Shown in pieces: positions 27,486-40,189 of a stretch of 64,000 bases of DNA; positions within the stretch are counted from its first letter, which is position 1, and the number at the start of each line of letters is the position of its first letter. The DNA is from Felis catus. Its lineage: Eukaryota. The stretch covers positions 5,890,001 to 5,954,000 of the forward strand of contig NC_058368.1 in NCBI RefSeq assembly GCF_018350175.1. Direction: 5' to 3'. The notes below the pieces were generated by a model. That model had not been told where the DNA came from. It saw only the letters and a list, made by a program, of their open reading frames with translations, and searched no databases. Both the position numbers and the translations under genes were made by a program.

Positions 27486-30400
27486 TCAGGATCCACATAA
27501 GAGTGAAAACATATGGTATCTTTCTCTGTATGAGTTATTTCACTTAGCATAATAATCTCCAGTTCCATCCACGTTGCTACAAAAGGCCATATTTCATTCT
27601 TTCTCATTGCCACGTAGTATTCCATTGTGTATCTAAACCACAATTTCTTTATCCATTAATCAGTTGATGGACATTTAGGCTCTTGCCATAATCTGGCTAT
27701 TGTTGAAAGTGCTGCTATAAACATTGGGGTACAAGTGCTCCTATGCATCAGCACTCCTGTATCCCTTGGGTAAATTCCTAGCAGTGCTATTTCTGGGTCA
27801 TAGGGTAGACCTATTTTTAATTTTTTGAGGAACCTCCACACTGTCTTCCAGAGTGGCTGCACCAGTTTGCATTCCCACCAACTGTGCAAGAGGGTTCCCG
27901 TTTCTCCACATCATCGCCAGCATCTATAGTCTCCTGATTTGTTCATTTTAGCCACTCTGACTGGTGTGAGGTGATATCTCACTGTGGTTTTGATTTGTAT
28001 TTCCCTGATGAGGAGTGACGTTGAGCATCTTTTCATGTGCCTGTTGGCCATCTGGATGTCTTCTTTAAAGAAGTGTCCATTCATGTCTTCTGCCCATTTC
28101 TTCACTGGATTATTTGTTTTTCAGGTGAGGAGTTTGGTGAGTTCTTTACAGATTTTGGATACTAGCCCTTTGTCTGATATGTCATTTGCAAATATCTTTT
28201 CCCATTCTATCTGTTGCCTTTTAGTTTTGTTGATTGTTTCCTTTGCAGTGCAGAAACTTTTTATCTTCGTGTGGTCCCAGTAGTTCATTTTTGCTTTTAA
28301 TTCCCTTGCCTTTGGAGATGTGTCGAGTAAGAAATTGCTGCGGCTGAGGTCAGAGAAGTTTTTTTTTCCTGCTTTCTCCTCTAGGGATTTGATGGTTTCC
28401 TGTCTCACATTCAGGTCCTTCATCCATTTTGAGTTTATTTTTGTGAATGGTGTAAGAAAGTGGTCTAGTTTCATCCTTCTGCATGTCACTGTCCAGTTCT
28501 CCCAGCACCATTTGTTAGAGTCTTTTTTCCATTGGATATTCTTTCCTGCTTTGTCAAAGATTAGTTGGCCATACTTTTGTGGGTCCAGTTCTGGAATCTC
28601 TATTCCATTGGTCTATGTGTCTGTTGTTGTGCCAATACCGTGCTGTCTTGATGATTACAGCTTTGTAGTAGAGGCTAAAGTCTGGGATTGTGATGCCTCC
28701 TGCTTTGGTCTTCTTCTTCTTCAATATTACTTTGGCTATTTGGGGTCTTTTGTGGTTCCATACAAATTTTAGGATTGCTTGTTTCAGCTTCGAGAAGAAT
28801 GCTGGTGCAATATTGATTGGGATTGCATTGAATGTGTAGATTGCTTTGGGTATTATTAATATTTTAACAGTATTTATTCTTCCAATCCATGAGCATGGAA
28901 TGTTTTTCCATTTCTTTTTATCTTCTTCAGTTTCCTTCATAAGCTTTGTATAGTTTTCAGCATACAGATCTTTTAAATCTTTTGTTAGGTTCATTCCTAG
29001 GTATTTCATGATTCTTAGTGCAATTGTGAATGGGATCAGTTTCTTTATTTGTCTTTCTGTTGCTTCATTATTAGTGTATATGAATGCAACTGATTTCTGT
29101 ACATTGATTTTGTATCCTGCAACTTTGCTGAATTCATGTATCAGTTCTAGCAGACTTTTGATGGAGTCTATCGGATTTTCCATGTATAATATCATGTCAT
29201 CTGCAAAAGGCGAAAGCTTGACTTCATCTTTGCCAATTTTGATGCCTTTGATTTCCTTTTGTTGTCTGATTGCTGATGCTAGAACTTCCAACACTATGTT
29301 AGACAACAGCGGTGAGAGTGGGCATCCCTGTCGTGTTCCTGATCTCAGGGAAAAAGCTCTCAGTTTTTCCCCATTGAGGATGATATTAGCTGTGGGCTTT
29401 TCATAAATGGCTTTTATGATCTTTAAGTATGTTCCTTCTATCCCGACTTTCTCGAGGGCTTTTATTAAGAAAGGATGCTGCATTTTGTCAAATGCTTTTT
29501 CTGCATCAATTGACAGGATCATATGGTTCTTTTCGTTTCTTTTATTAATGTGATGTATCACATGGATTGATTTGCGAATGTTGAACCAGCCCTGCATCCC
29601 AGGAATGAATCCCACTTGATCATGGTGAATAATTCTTTTTATATGCTGTTGAATTCGATTTGCTAGTATCTTATTGAGAATTTTTGCATCCATATTCATC
29701 AGGGATATTGGCCTGTAGTTCTCTTTTTTGCTGGGTGTGTGTCTGGTTTGGGAATCAAAGTAATGCTGGCTTCATAGAATGAGTGTGGAAGTTTTCCTTC
29801 CCTTTCTATTTTTTGGAATAGCTTGAGAAGAATAGGTATTATCTCTGCTTTCAATGTCTGGTAGAATTCCCCAAGGAAGCCATCTGGTGCTGGACTCCTA
29901 TTTGTTGGGAGATTTTTGACAACTGATTCAATTTCTTTTCTGGTTATGGGTCTGTTCAAGTTTTCTATTTCCTCCTGTTTGAGTTTTGGAAGTGTGTGGG
30001 TGTTTAGGAATTTGTCCATTTCTTCCAGGTTGTCCAGTTTGTTGGCATATAATTTTTCATAGTATTCCCTGATAATTGCTTGTATTTCGGAGGGATTGGT
30101 TGTAATAATTTCATTTTCATTCATGATTTTATCTATTAGGGTCATCTCCCTTTTCTTTTGGAGAAGCCTGCCTAGAGGTGTATCAATTTTGTTTATTTTT
30201 TCAAAAAACCAACTCTTCTTTCATTGATCTTTTCTACAGTTTTTTTAGATTCTATATTGTTTATTTCTGCTCTGATCTTTATTATTTCTCTTCTTCTGCT
30301 GGGTTTGGGGTGTCTTTGCTGTTCTGCTTCTATTTCCTTTAGGTGTGCTGTTAGATTTTGTATTGGGGATTTTTCTTGTTTCTTGAGATAGGCCTGGATT

Positions 30401-31300
30401 GCAATGTATTTTCCTCTCAGGACTGCTTTCACTGCATCCCAAAGCATTTGGATTGTTGTATTTTCATTTTCATTTTCATTTGTTTCCATATATTTTTAAA
30501 TTTCTTCTCTAATTGCGTGGTTGACCCATTCATACTTTAGTAGGGTATTCTTTAACCTCCATGCTTTTGGAGGTTTTCCAAGACTTTTTCCTGTGATTGA
30601 TTTCAAGCTTCATAGCATTGTGGTCTGACAGTATGAATGGTATGATCTCCATTCTTGTATACTTATGAAGGGCTGTTTTGTGACCCAGTATATGATCTAT
30701 CTTGGAGAATGTTCTGTGTGTACTCGAAGAAAGTGTATTCTGTTGCTTTGGGATGCAGAGTTCTAAATATATCTGTCAAGTCCATCTGATCCAGTGTATC
30801 ATTTAGGGCCCTTGTTTCTTTATTGGTCCTGTGTCTAGATGATCTATCCATTGTTGTAAGTGGAGTATTAAAGTCTCCTGCAGTTACCACATTCTTATCA
30901 ATAAGGTTGCTTACGTTTGTGATTGTTTTATATATTTGGGGGCTCCGGTATTCGGCGCATAGACATTTATAATTGTTAGCTCTTCCTGATGGATAGACCC
31001 TGTGATTATTATATAATGCCCTTCTTCATCTCTTGTTACAGCCTTTAATTTAAAGTCTAGTTTGTCTGATACAAGTATGGCTACTCCAGCTTTCTTTTGA
31101 CTTCCAATAGCATGATAGATAGTTCTCCATCCCCTCACTTTCAATCTTAAGGTGTCCTCAGGTCTAAAATGAGTCTCTTGTGGACAGCAGATAGATGGGT
31201 CTTGTTTTTTTATCCATTCTGATACCCTATGTCTTTTGGTTGGAGCATTTAGTCCGTTTACATTCAGTGTTATTATTGAAAGATATGGGTTTAGAGTCAT
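27486..31300 (-). pseudogene. L1 ORF2 (endonuclease/reverse transcriptase), disrupted by frameshifts and stops
   Basis: Fragments MTLNPYLSIITLNVNGLN (EN), [32 protein letters not shown] (RT) and [14 protein letters not shown] are spread over at least 8 separate ORFs. Confidence 0.93.
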
Positions 31301-31364
31301 TGTGATGTCTTTAGGTTTCATGCTTGTAGTGATGTCTCTGGTACTTTGTGGTCCTTGCAACATT

Positions 31365-32262
31365 TTACTCACAGAATCCCCTTAGGATCTCTTGTAGGGC
31401 TGTTTAGTGGTGATGAATTCCTTCAGTTTTTGTTTGGGAAGACCTTTATCTCTCCTTCTATTCTGAATGACAGACTTGCTGGATAAAGGATTCTCAGCTG
31501 CATATTTTTTCTGTTGATTTCCTGCCATTGAAGATTTCCTGCCATTCTTTTCTGGCCTGCCAAGTTTCAGTAGATAGGTCTGTCACTAGTCTTATCAGTC
31601 TCTCTTTATATGTTAGAGCATGTTTATCCCTAGCTGCTTTCAGAATTTTCTCCTTATCCTTGTATTTTGCCAGTTTCACTATGATATGTTGTGCAGAAGA
31701 TCAATTCAAGTTACGTCTGAAGGGAGTTCTCTGTGCCTCTTGGATTTCAATGCCTTTTTCCTTCCCCAGATCAGGGAAGTTCTCAGCTATGATTTGTTCA
31801 AGTACACCTTCAGCCCCTTTCTCTCTCTCTTACTCTTCTGGAATTCCTATTATACAGATATTATTCCATTTGATTGCATCATTTAGATCTCTAATCCTCC
31901 CCTCATACTCATGGATTTTTTTTATCTCTCTTTTTCTCAGCTTCCTCATTTTCCATAATTTTATCTTCTAATTCACCTATTCTCTCCTCTGCCTCTTCAA
32001 TCCGTGCTATGGCCGCCTCCATTTTATTTTGCACCTCATTTATAACATTTTTTAGCTCCTCATGACTATTTCTTAGTCCCTTGATCTGTGTAGCGATAGA
32101 TTCTCTGGTGTCCTCTATGCTTTTTTCAAGTCCAGCAATTAATTTTACAACTATTATTCTAAATTCTTGTTATGTTATATTGCTTAAATAGTTTTTGAGC
32201 AGTTCGCTAGCTGTCGCTACTTCCTGGAGTTTCTTTTGAGGAGAATTCTTCTGTTTTGTCAT
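31365..32262 (-). pseudogene. L1 ORF1, disrupted
   Basis: ATG ACA AAA CAG AAG AAT TCT CCT CAA at 32262. Fragment KLAKYKDKEKILKAAR...DLSTETWQARKEWQEIF. No full-length ORF. Confidence 0.85.
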
Positions 32263-33246
32263 TTTGGATAGTCCCCGGGGTGGCGTGGAACTGCAGGGCA
32301 CTTCCCCTGTGCTGTCTGGAGTAACTTGTGTTGGTGGGCGGGGCCACAGTCACACCTGATGTCTGCCCCTAGCCCACCACTGGGGCCACAGTCAGACTGG
32401 TGTGTGCCTTCTCTTCCCCTCTCCCAGGGGCAGGACTCACTGTGGAGTGGTGTGGCCCCTGCCTGGGCTGCTTGCACGCTGCCAGGCTTGTGGTGCCGCT
32501 TCGATGGGATCTGGCCAAGGGCATATTAGCCAGGGTGGATCCTCAAGGTGCACAGGGGCAGGAGGGGCAGGCTCAGCTCGCTTTGCCGTGGGTGGTCCCC
32601 TGTGGGAGGGGCCCTACAGCACTGGGAGGGAGGGAGGCAGGCCTGTGGGAGGGATGGATCCACAGAAGCACAGCATTGGGAGTTTGCGCAGAGCAAGCAA
32701 GTTTGGTGTCGGGAACTGGTTCCCTTTGGGATTCCGGCTGGGGGATGGGCGAGGGAGATGGCGCTTCCCAGCGCCTTTGTTCCCCACCGAGCTGAGCTCT
32801 GCCATCCGGGGCTCAACAACTCTCCCTCCCGTGTCCTCTCACTCTCCCCACTCTCCGAGAGCAGAGCTGTTCACTTTTACCATTCCAGATGTTAAGTCCC
32901 GCTGGCTGTCAGAACACACTCCGTCCGGCCCCTCTGCTTTTGCAAGCCAGACTCGGGGGCTCTGCCTTGCCGGGTGGGCTGGCCGCCCCTCTACCGCCCC
33001 GGCTCCCTCCCGCCAGTCCGTGGAGCGCACACCGCCTCTCCGCTCTTCCTACCCTCTTCCGTGGGCCTCTGGTCTACGCTTGGCTCCGCAGAGTCCATTC
33101 TGCTAGTCTTCCGGCAATTTTCTGGGTTATTTAGGCAGATGTGGGTGGAATCTAAGCAATCAGGACGAGGTGAGCCCAGTGGCCTCCTATGCCGCCAACT
33201 TCCCTTGAATGTCCCCATGTCTGTTTTTAGATTTTACTTAAATCCA

Positions 33247-33770
33247 GGGGTGCCTGGGTGGCTCAGTCAGTTAAGTGTTCAACTTTGGCTCAGGTCATGA
33301 TCTCACGTTCGTGGGTTCAAGCCCCGCATTGGGTTCTGTGCTGACAGCACAGAGCCTGGAGCCTGGAGCCTGCTATGGATTCTGTGTCTCCCTCTCTTTT
33401 TGCCCCCTCCTTATTCATGCTCTGTCTCTCTCTCTCAAAAATAAATAAAAGTTAAACAAAAATTAAATTTTGTTTAAGTCCAAGTTAGTTAACATTATTA
33501 TAATGGTCTCAGGGTAGAATTTAGTGATTCATCACTTACAAATAACACCCAGTGCTCATCCCAACAAGTGCTCTCCTTAATGCCCCTCACTCATTTAGCC
33601 CATCTCCCCACCCAACACCACTCCAGCAGCCCTCAGTTTGTTCTCTGTATTTAAGAGTCTCATGGTTTGTCTCCCTGTTTTTAATCTTATTTTTCCTTCC
33701 GCTTCCCTATGTTCGTCTGTTTTGTTCCTTAAATTCCACACAGGAGTGAAATCATATGGTATTTATCTTT
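33247..33770. mobile_element. Can-SINE (+, 33247-33465) in the tail of a short minus-strand L1 3' fragment (33470-33770)
   Basis: SINE head ggggtgcctgggtggctcag; L1 3' UTR antisense sequence aacacccagtgctcatcccaacaagtgc. Confidence 0.85.
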
Positions 33771-34455
33771 TCTTATGGAGCATTTAGACCATTTACGTTT
33801 AAAGTAATTATTGATAGGTATGTACATATTGCCATTTTGCTCATTGTTTTCTGATTTTTTTTTTGTAGTTCTCTGTTCCTTTCTACTTCCCTTGTTCTGT
33901 TTTCTTGTGATTGATGACTTTCTTTAGCATTATATTTGATTTTTTTTTCTCTTTATTTCGTGTGTATGTATTATAGGTTTTTGGTTTGTGGTTACCATGA
34001 GGTTTGTATATAACTTCCCTAAGTATATAGGAATCTGTATGAAAATGATGGTTACTTACACTTGAACACATTGTAAAGGAATTTCGTTTTTTCTCCCCCC
34101 TCCACATTTGATGTGTATGTTATATTTTGCATCTTTTTGTGAGTCCTCTTTTTAGATATAATTAGTTTTATTTCTTTGGTCTTTAACCTCAATACAAGAT
34201 TTACAAGCGATTGTTCTACTACCTTTACTGAATGTTTGCTTTTACCCGTGAAATATTTTCTTTTAGAATCTTCTTCTAATTATGGCGTTTTCTTTTCCAC
34301 TCGATTGTAGGTTTTTTCCTTTCGGCACTTTGAGTTTCTCATGTCACTTTGTGTTACATGCAATTTCTCCTGAAAAATCAGCTGTTAGACTTACGGAATT
34401 TCCCTTGTACAAACTAGTTGCTCTCCTCTTACTGCTTTTAAAACTCTGTGTCTTC

Positions 34456-34662
34456 GGGCACCTGGGTGGTTCAGACGGTTAAGTATCTGACTTTGGCTCG
34501 GGTCATGATCTCACGGTTTGTGAGTTTGAGCCCCACGTCCGGCTGTGTGCTGACAGCTCAGAGCCTAGAGCCTGCCTCAGATTCTGTGTCTCCCTCTCCG
34601 CCTCTCCCCTGCTTGCACTCTGTCTCTCTCTCTCAAAAATAAACACACATTAAAAAATTTAA
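34456..34662 (+). mobile_element. Can-SINE (SINEC_Fc-like)
   Basis: TSD aaaactct(g/a)tgtctt. Confidence 0.93.
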
Positions 34663-35161
34663 AAAAACTCTATGTCTTTAATCTTCGACATTTTAATTAT
34701 TAGTGTCATGTCGTAGACCTCCCTGGTTTCACTGGAACTCTCTCTGCTTCCTGAACCTAGATGTCTATTTCCTTTCCCAAGTCAGGGGATTTTTTGCCTC
34801 TTATTTCTTCCCATAAGTTTTCTGCCCTTTTCTCTCTTCTCCTTCTGGGACCCCTATAATGTGAATGCTTTTTCGCTTGATATTGTCCAAGAGATCCCTG
34901 AACCTATCCTCATTTTTAGAAACTCTTTTGTCTTTTTGCTGTTCGGGGTGCTTTCCATTACCCTGCCTTCCAGGTCACTGGTCTGTTATTCTGTCCCTCC
35001 AATCTGTTGTTGATTCTCTCTGGCGTATCTTTCAGTTACTGTATTAGAAGAACCTGATTGGTTCTTTTTTATGTTTTCTATCTCTTTGTTGATGTTCTCA
35101 CTGAGTTCAACCGCTCTTCTCTCCAATCTGGTGGGCATGTATTTGAGCATAACTTTGAACC

Positions 35162-35175
35162 TTTTTTTTTAAATT

Positions 35176-35231
<56 letters not shown>

Positions 35232-35388
35232 GAGTGGGAAGGGGCAGGGAGAGAGAGAGAGTTCCAAGCAGACTCTGCGCTGTCAGCACAGAGCTCAACG
35301 TGGGGCTTGAACTCCCAAACGATGAGATCATGACCTGAGCTGAAATCAAGAGTCAGATGCTTAACTGACTGAGCCACCCAGGTGCCCC
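35162..35388 (-). mobile_element. Can-SINE with long (GA)n at 35178-35227
   Basis: Ends gagccacccaggtgcccc; flanked by ctttgaa repeats. Confidence 0.92.
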
Positions 35389-35659
35389 TGCTTTGAATCC
35401 TTTATTGGTTATCTCCCTTTCGTTTAGTTCTTTCTCTGAGGTTTTTGTCTTGTTATTTCATTTGGAGCGTATTCCTCTGCTTCTGTATTTTACTTGACTT
35501 TCTGTGTTTGTCTTTGTCAATTAGGTGGAATAGCTATTTCTCCTAAACCTGAAGGGATGGTCTTGTGTCTGGCTGTCCCCCGTGTAGATTGTGTGTGCCT
35601 GGTGACTTTGGCTGGCAGGAGCCGTGGCTGGCGCGGGATGGAGTGCCGCATGACTCCAC

Positions 35660-36170
35660 ACTGGGGCTGCCCTGATAAAATAGATGAAGCCGAAATGGGA
35701 CTGGGCTGGAGTGATCCTGGGCTCCTGGCACAGAGGGTGTCCTGGCAGGACGGCTGAAGCTGAGGTGAGGCAGGACCTGAGGCTTTCTGCACTGAGGGTA
35801 CCGTGGCAAGACAGCGAAAGCTGACGTGGGCTTGGGCTGGGGTAGTCCCAGGACTCTTCACGCGGAGGGGCCCCTGGCAGGATGACTGAAGCTGAAGTGT
35901 GTGCAGGCCTGGGGCCCAGGGCTCTCCACACAGAAGGAACCCTGGCGGGACAGCTGCAGGTGAGGTGAGTGCAATCTGGGTGTCTCAAAGCGCTCACCGG
36001 AAGGGGTGCCCCGTGGGGTGGCTGGTGCTGAGGTGGGCGTGGGCAAGAGGATCCCAGGGCTCTCTGCAGAGTGACACCGTGGCAGGGCCGCTGGAGCTGA
36101 GGCAGGATGCAGGCCAGAGGGGCCTACGGACACTGCGCGGGGGGTGCCCGGGAAGTCGTCTGGAAGGGAA
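35660..36170. repeat. Degenerate GC-rich tandem array, unit ~55-70 bp, about 7-8 copies
   Basis: Recurring cc(c/g)tggcaggac(a/g)gctgaagctgaggtg...cccagggctctc..cacagagggt motif. Confidence 0.75.
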
Positions 36171-38044
36171 GTCGTGTGGGCCTCGTGTGTCTCATGGTGC
36201 TTGGTGCCTCTGTCACCTTGGTGGGGTGACTGGTGCCGGTGTAGACTGATGTCCCAGGGCTCATGGAGGCGGTCGGCTGGCTCGGGCACCAGACCCTGCT
36301 CATTCAGGAGAGTTTGAGCCTCTGAAGGCCAAGAGTCCATTTACTTAACTTGCCACTTAATTATATCAAGATCTGCTTCATTTCTCCTTAGTTTCTAATA
36401 AGCCGTGTTATTAGATTGTTACATAGTTCGGATTCTTAGGATTTCTAATTATTGGGATAATGACAGTGTAATTATAAATGTGGTTCAGTTTAAATCTACC
36501 ATGGTCCTGTTTTCTTCTGTTTGGTGCAGTCTTCCGTTTTACCTTATATCCTGACTTCTTTTGAAGTAATTGAATATTAAGATTTTATTATATCCCTATT
36601 GGTTCATTAGCCATAACTTTTGGGGGTTTTAGTTCTTTAAAATTTACAGTATACATATGCAGTGTATCACAAAATTCAAATAATACACTCCCAAATCCCT
36701 CCTCACATTCTTTGTGCTATCTTTATCATGTTTTAATTCTAAATTAATGACAGTTTCCGAAATACATTATTAATTTTGCTTTAAACAGTTATCTGGCATC
36801 ATGATTGAAAATGAGGGGAAGAGGGAAAGTGTCTTATAAATTCCCACATAATTAACATTTCTGTTCCTCTTTGGACAGATCCAGACTTCATCCTGATGTA
36901 CTGTTCCTTTTGTTTGAAGAGCTTTCTTTCACATTTCAGGTATTACAGGTCTTCTGGTGATGAGTTTTCTATTTTCTTGGTTCATTTTCCAAAGACATTT
37001 TTACCGCATATAGAATTCGGGGTTAATGGATTTGTCTTCTTTCTTTCAGATCTTTAAAGATATTCCATTGTCTTCTGCCCTGCATGGTTTTCAGCGAGAA
37101 ACCTGCTTTTATTCGCACGTTTGTGTTCTGTACACAGTATTGGTTTATGTGGTTGATTTAAAGATTATTCTCTTGGCCACTGATTTTCAGCAATTTGGTT
37201 ATAAAGAACATTTGTGTGTTTTTCTTTAGGTTTCTTCTTCTTGGAATTTGTTGAGGTTCTTAGATTTGTGAGCTTTCATCAGATTTGACATTTTCGATCA
37301 TTGTTACTTCAAATATTACTTTCTTTTTTGGCGACAGCCTCCCACTTTAGAGTGGTTCTTTCCCTAGCTGCGGGTAGACTTTTCTTATGCAGACACAGAA
37401 CAGAAGCAATAGTTCGCAGGGGCCAGCTACGGATCTCCGGAGTCACGCTGTCTGTCTCTCTCAGTATAGTTCCCTCTGACGTTCTTACTGCCTTGGTCCT
37501 GCACTCCAACCTCTGTGTCTTCAACTCGCTTAGACACCTGGGCTTTCTTTTGGGTCCATCTTCCTGCATTGTGGCCTGGAAGAGGCCTTCTCTCAAGGAT
37601 CACAGTCATGAGCAGCCTGTCGTTTAATGTTTGAAAATCACTATTTTATATACTTTGTCTGATAGGTTATTTCTGGCAGGAGGTTTCCTATAGCAGTTAG
37701 TCATGTGCGGAAGAAGCAGAAATAATATATGACCTCCAGAAATAGTATGACAGCCGATTTAAATTTAGCTCTCTCTTATTGCCAGTAACTATGTAAAATG
37801 TCTAGGCCTCCTCTTTTTTCCCATCTGCAAAATATATTCATAATGAGATAAGATTTAGTAAGTCAATGGCTATTAATAAGTCATCATATATTGTCCTAAA
37901 ATGTCTATAATTTTAAGTTTCCCACCGTAGCCCTCATTTTACTGTTTATAAAAAAAAAAAGTTTCTGTGCTTTCGTTCATTAAAGAAAAAAATAAGACCC
38001 TATTGACTAATATCTGTGGCCATGCATTCATATGAATGTTCTTC

Positions 38045-38246
38045 TTTTTTTTTAATTTTAAAAAATGTTTGGTTTTTTTGTTTGTTTGATTGTTTGTTTT
38101 GAGAGAGGGAGAGCGAGAATCCCAAGCAGGCTCCTTGCTGTCCGCACAGAGCCCAATGTGGGGCTTGATCTCATGACTGTGAGATTATGACCTGAGACAA
38201 AATCAGGAGTCAGACACTTGACCAACTGAGCCCACCAGACACCCCC
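38045..38246 (-). mobile_element. Can-SINE
   Basis: Typical body gagattatgacctgagacaaaatcaggagtcagac. Confidence 0.88.
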
Positions 38247-39321
38247 ATAGTGAATTTTCTGACAGAGAGGAGAGACTGTGCCACTCCCTACCGCAGTATG
38301 TAATGACACTTCAAAAACAATAAAGAAACAACACATCGAGTGTTGTCGTCTGTGACCAAGAGCCTGGTAGAGCGACTATGTGTATGACCTCAGGTTCATC
38401 GGTGTAGTGCACTAGCCAGAAGCACCTGGAGTTGACTTGTAACTGTTCCTAGCACTAGACATCTTAGTATTATTGGACACTTGATGACTTCTGGCCTGGG
38501 ACTTGTGTCTGTGCTGTTTTGGAGTTTAAGCTCCTAGAAGACAGAATTTTAGGGATTAAGGCACACAGCATCCAGATGGTAACATGACTATGACAGTGCA
38601 GTACAAAACAAAAGTCATGATAAGCTCACTGGGAGCGTATTTTTTACGCTAGGTTTCCCTAACTGCTAATCTTTAAAGTGGAATTAATAATACAAGAAAA
38701 ATAAACCAAAAATTTTAAGGTGAATTTAACCATATTGTTTATTCCCAGTGTTTGAATTTAAAATGAGTTAAGTAATGGTATGGGATTGCTTAGTTGTAGA
38801 AAATTCCATTTATTTGTTACATTTATTCTTAACATAGGACTTGATATCAAATTCATCATTTCATACAAACACAGGGTGATATATTTACAAGAGGAAAAAT
38901 TTTCTTCCAGGTTTAAAAGGCCATGGAGTTACACTATGGACACACACTCACATATACAAAGATAAATATTAATTATATGTATTAAATGGAATTGGTTGAG
39001 GTAGAGTTCAATAATAATTACTTGGCTTAAAAGCCTGAAAACATTGTGCAAGCATTCAGTAAAGAGATTTTGGATGTATTATCAAAATACATTGGTACAA
39101 ATTTAATGCAGTTGCTATAGAATGATCTGCTATGATTGAAACCATGTGTGGAGAGCTTGGGCTTCTGCGGGATGTGTCGCAGCAACAAAGGCTCTAAAGA
39201 TGTATTTGTGCTGCCCGCTATGTATACAGATGATTGACTTAGATACACTTCCCAGACGTAAACAGTAAAGGAATGTCACTGAAGTTTCGCATGCTATCAG
39301 ATAGAGACAGGGAATGCTTAC

Positions 39322-39396
39322 CACATTGTACAAGCCGATGCACCAGCGTTCAAATATAATCTGCCCAGAAAATCCATTAACAAAAGCAAACCAAAG
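39322..39396 (-). CDS. ATP8A2-like: P4-ATPase (ATP8A2-like) coding exon, 75 bp: [25 protein letters not shown]
   Basis: Within ORF 39130..39453. Acceptor ttctctttcag|CTT, donor GTG|gtaagc. Contains the GFSGQ and LYN motifs (TM5-TM6). Confidence 0.95.
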
Positions 39397-39684
39397 CTGA
39401 AAGAGAAGAAAGTTCATGAAGTTTTGTATCAATACTGACCTAAATGTTTGCATTCACTGAAGTACTTAAAATACTATGCTTTATCATTCTTTTTTTCCCA
39501 TGTCATCAAATGGAATTTTGCCAGAATGTAAATAAAATCAAGCTTGAGTGTTTGAGCTTAACAGAAAGGCAGTACATTTATTTTAGAATTTTTATTTCAT
39601 TCTTTACTTTTTGATAGAGAAAGAACAATAACAGTTTCAATGAAATGCTTAGATCTGATTGTCCAATAATGCATTGTTTCAGTG

Positions 39685-40170
39685 AAAAGATCTCTGCCCC
39701 TCTGTGTTTACTGCAGCATTATTTACGATGGCAAAAATGTGGAAGCAGCCCAACTATTCACCAGTAGATGAATGGATAAAGGAGAGGTGGTATATATACA
39801 ATGGAATATCACCCAACCATGAAATAGTGTGAGATCCCACCATTTGCAATAACATGGATGGACCTGGATTGTATAATGCTAAGTGAAATAAGTCAGAGAA
39901 AGACAAATACTGTATGATTTCACCCCTGTGTGGAATTTAAGAAACAAAAGCAACCAACCAACCAACAAAAAAACCCAGACCCTCAAATATAGAAAACAGA
40001 CTGGAACTTGCCAGAGGGAAGGTGAATGAGAGGATGGGTGAAATAGGTAAAGGCGATTAAGACTATACTTCTCGTGATGAGCACTGAGTCACGGACAGAA
40101 TTGTTGAGCCACTATGTTGTACATCTCAAACTAATATAACAATGTATATTATTTATACTCGAATAGAAAA
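39685..40170 (+). mobile_element. L1 3' end fragment
   Basis: gatgaatggataaag...atgctaagtgaaataagtcagagaaagacaaatac and 3' UTR. Confidence 0.88.
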
Positions 40171-40189
40171 ATTTAAGGCAAAGGACTGG

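Larger units (their letters stand above)
27258..33213 (-). mobile_element. Full-length (~5.95 kb) younger feliform L1, inactivated
   Basis: GC/CpG-rich 5' UTR at 32263-33213, ORF1, ORF2 with EN, RT and C-terminal regions, 3' UTR and decayed A tail. Candidate TSD ccc(t/a)tgtctgt(c/t)t at 27245-27257 and 33214-33226. Confidence 0.95.
22825..36340 (-). mobile_element. Intermediate-age, near full-length carnivore L1, split in its endonuclease region by later insertions (27258-33770)
   Basis: 3' UTR from 22825 and ORF2 peptides in the ORF track at 23320-25037. EN sequence stops at ~27255 and resumes at ~33770 (ggagcatttagaccatttacg). ORF1 remnants at 34300-35500, GC-rich 5' region at 35560-36340. 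Confidence 0.78.

Noticed and set aside
28554..29699. 381-aa reverse transcriptase ORF as an active or domesticated gene
   Set aside because: It is only the longest surviving piece of a frameshifted L1 ORF2.
32259..33300. Cluster of overlapping ORFs including a 234-aa plus-strand ORF (32402..33106), a possible ORF0-like gene
   Set aside because: Lies in a GC-rich L1 5' UTR where stop codons are rare. It has a non-ATG start and no recognisable domain.
35660..36170. CRISPR-like repeat-spacer appearance
   Set aside because: Units are degenerate along their whole length, the context is mammalian, and there are no cas genes.
35494..36340. Several 90-160 aa ORFs on both strands
   Set aside because: By-product of the GC-rich tandem array; no protein motif.
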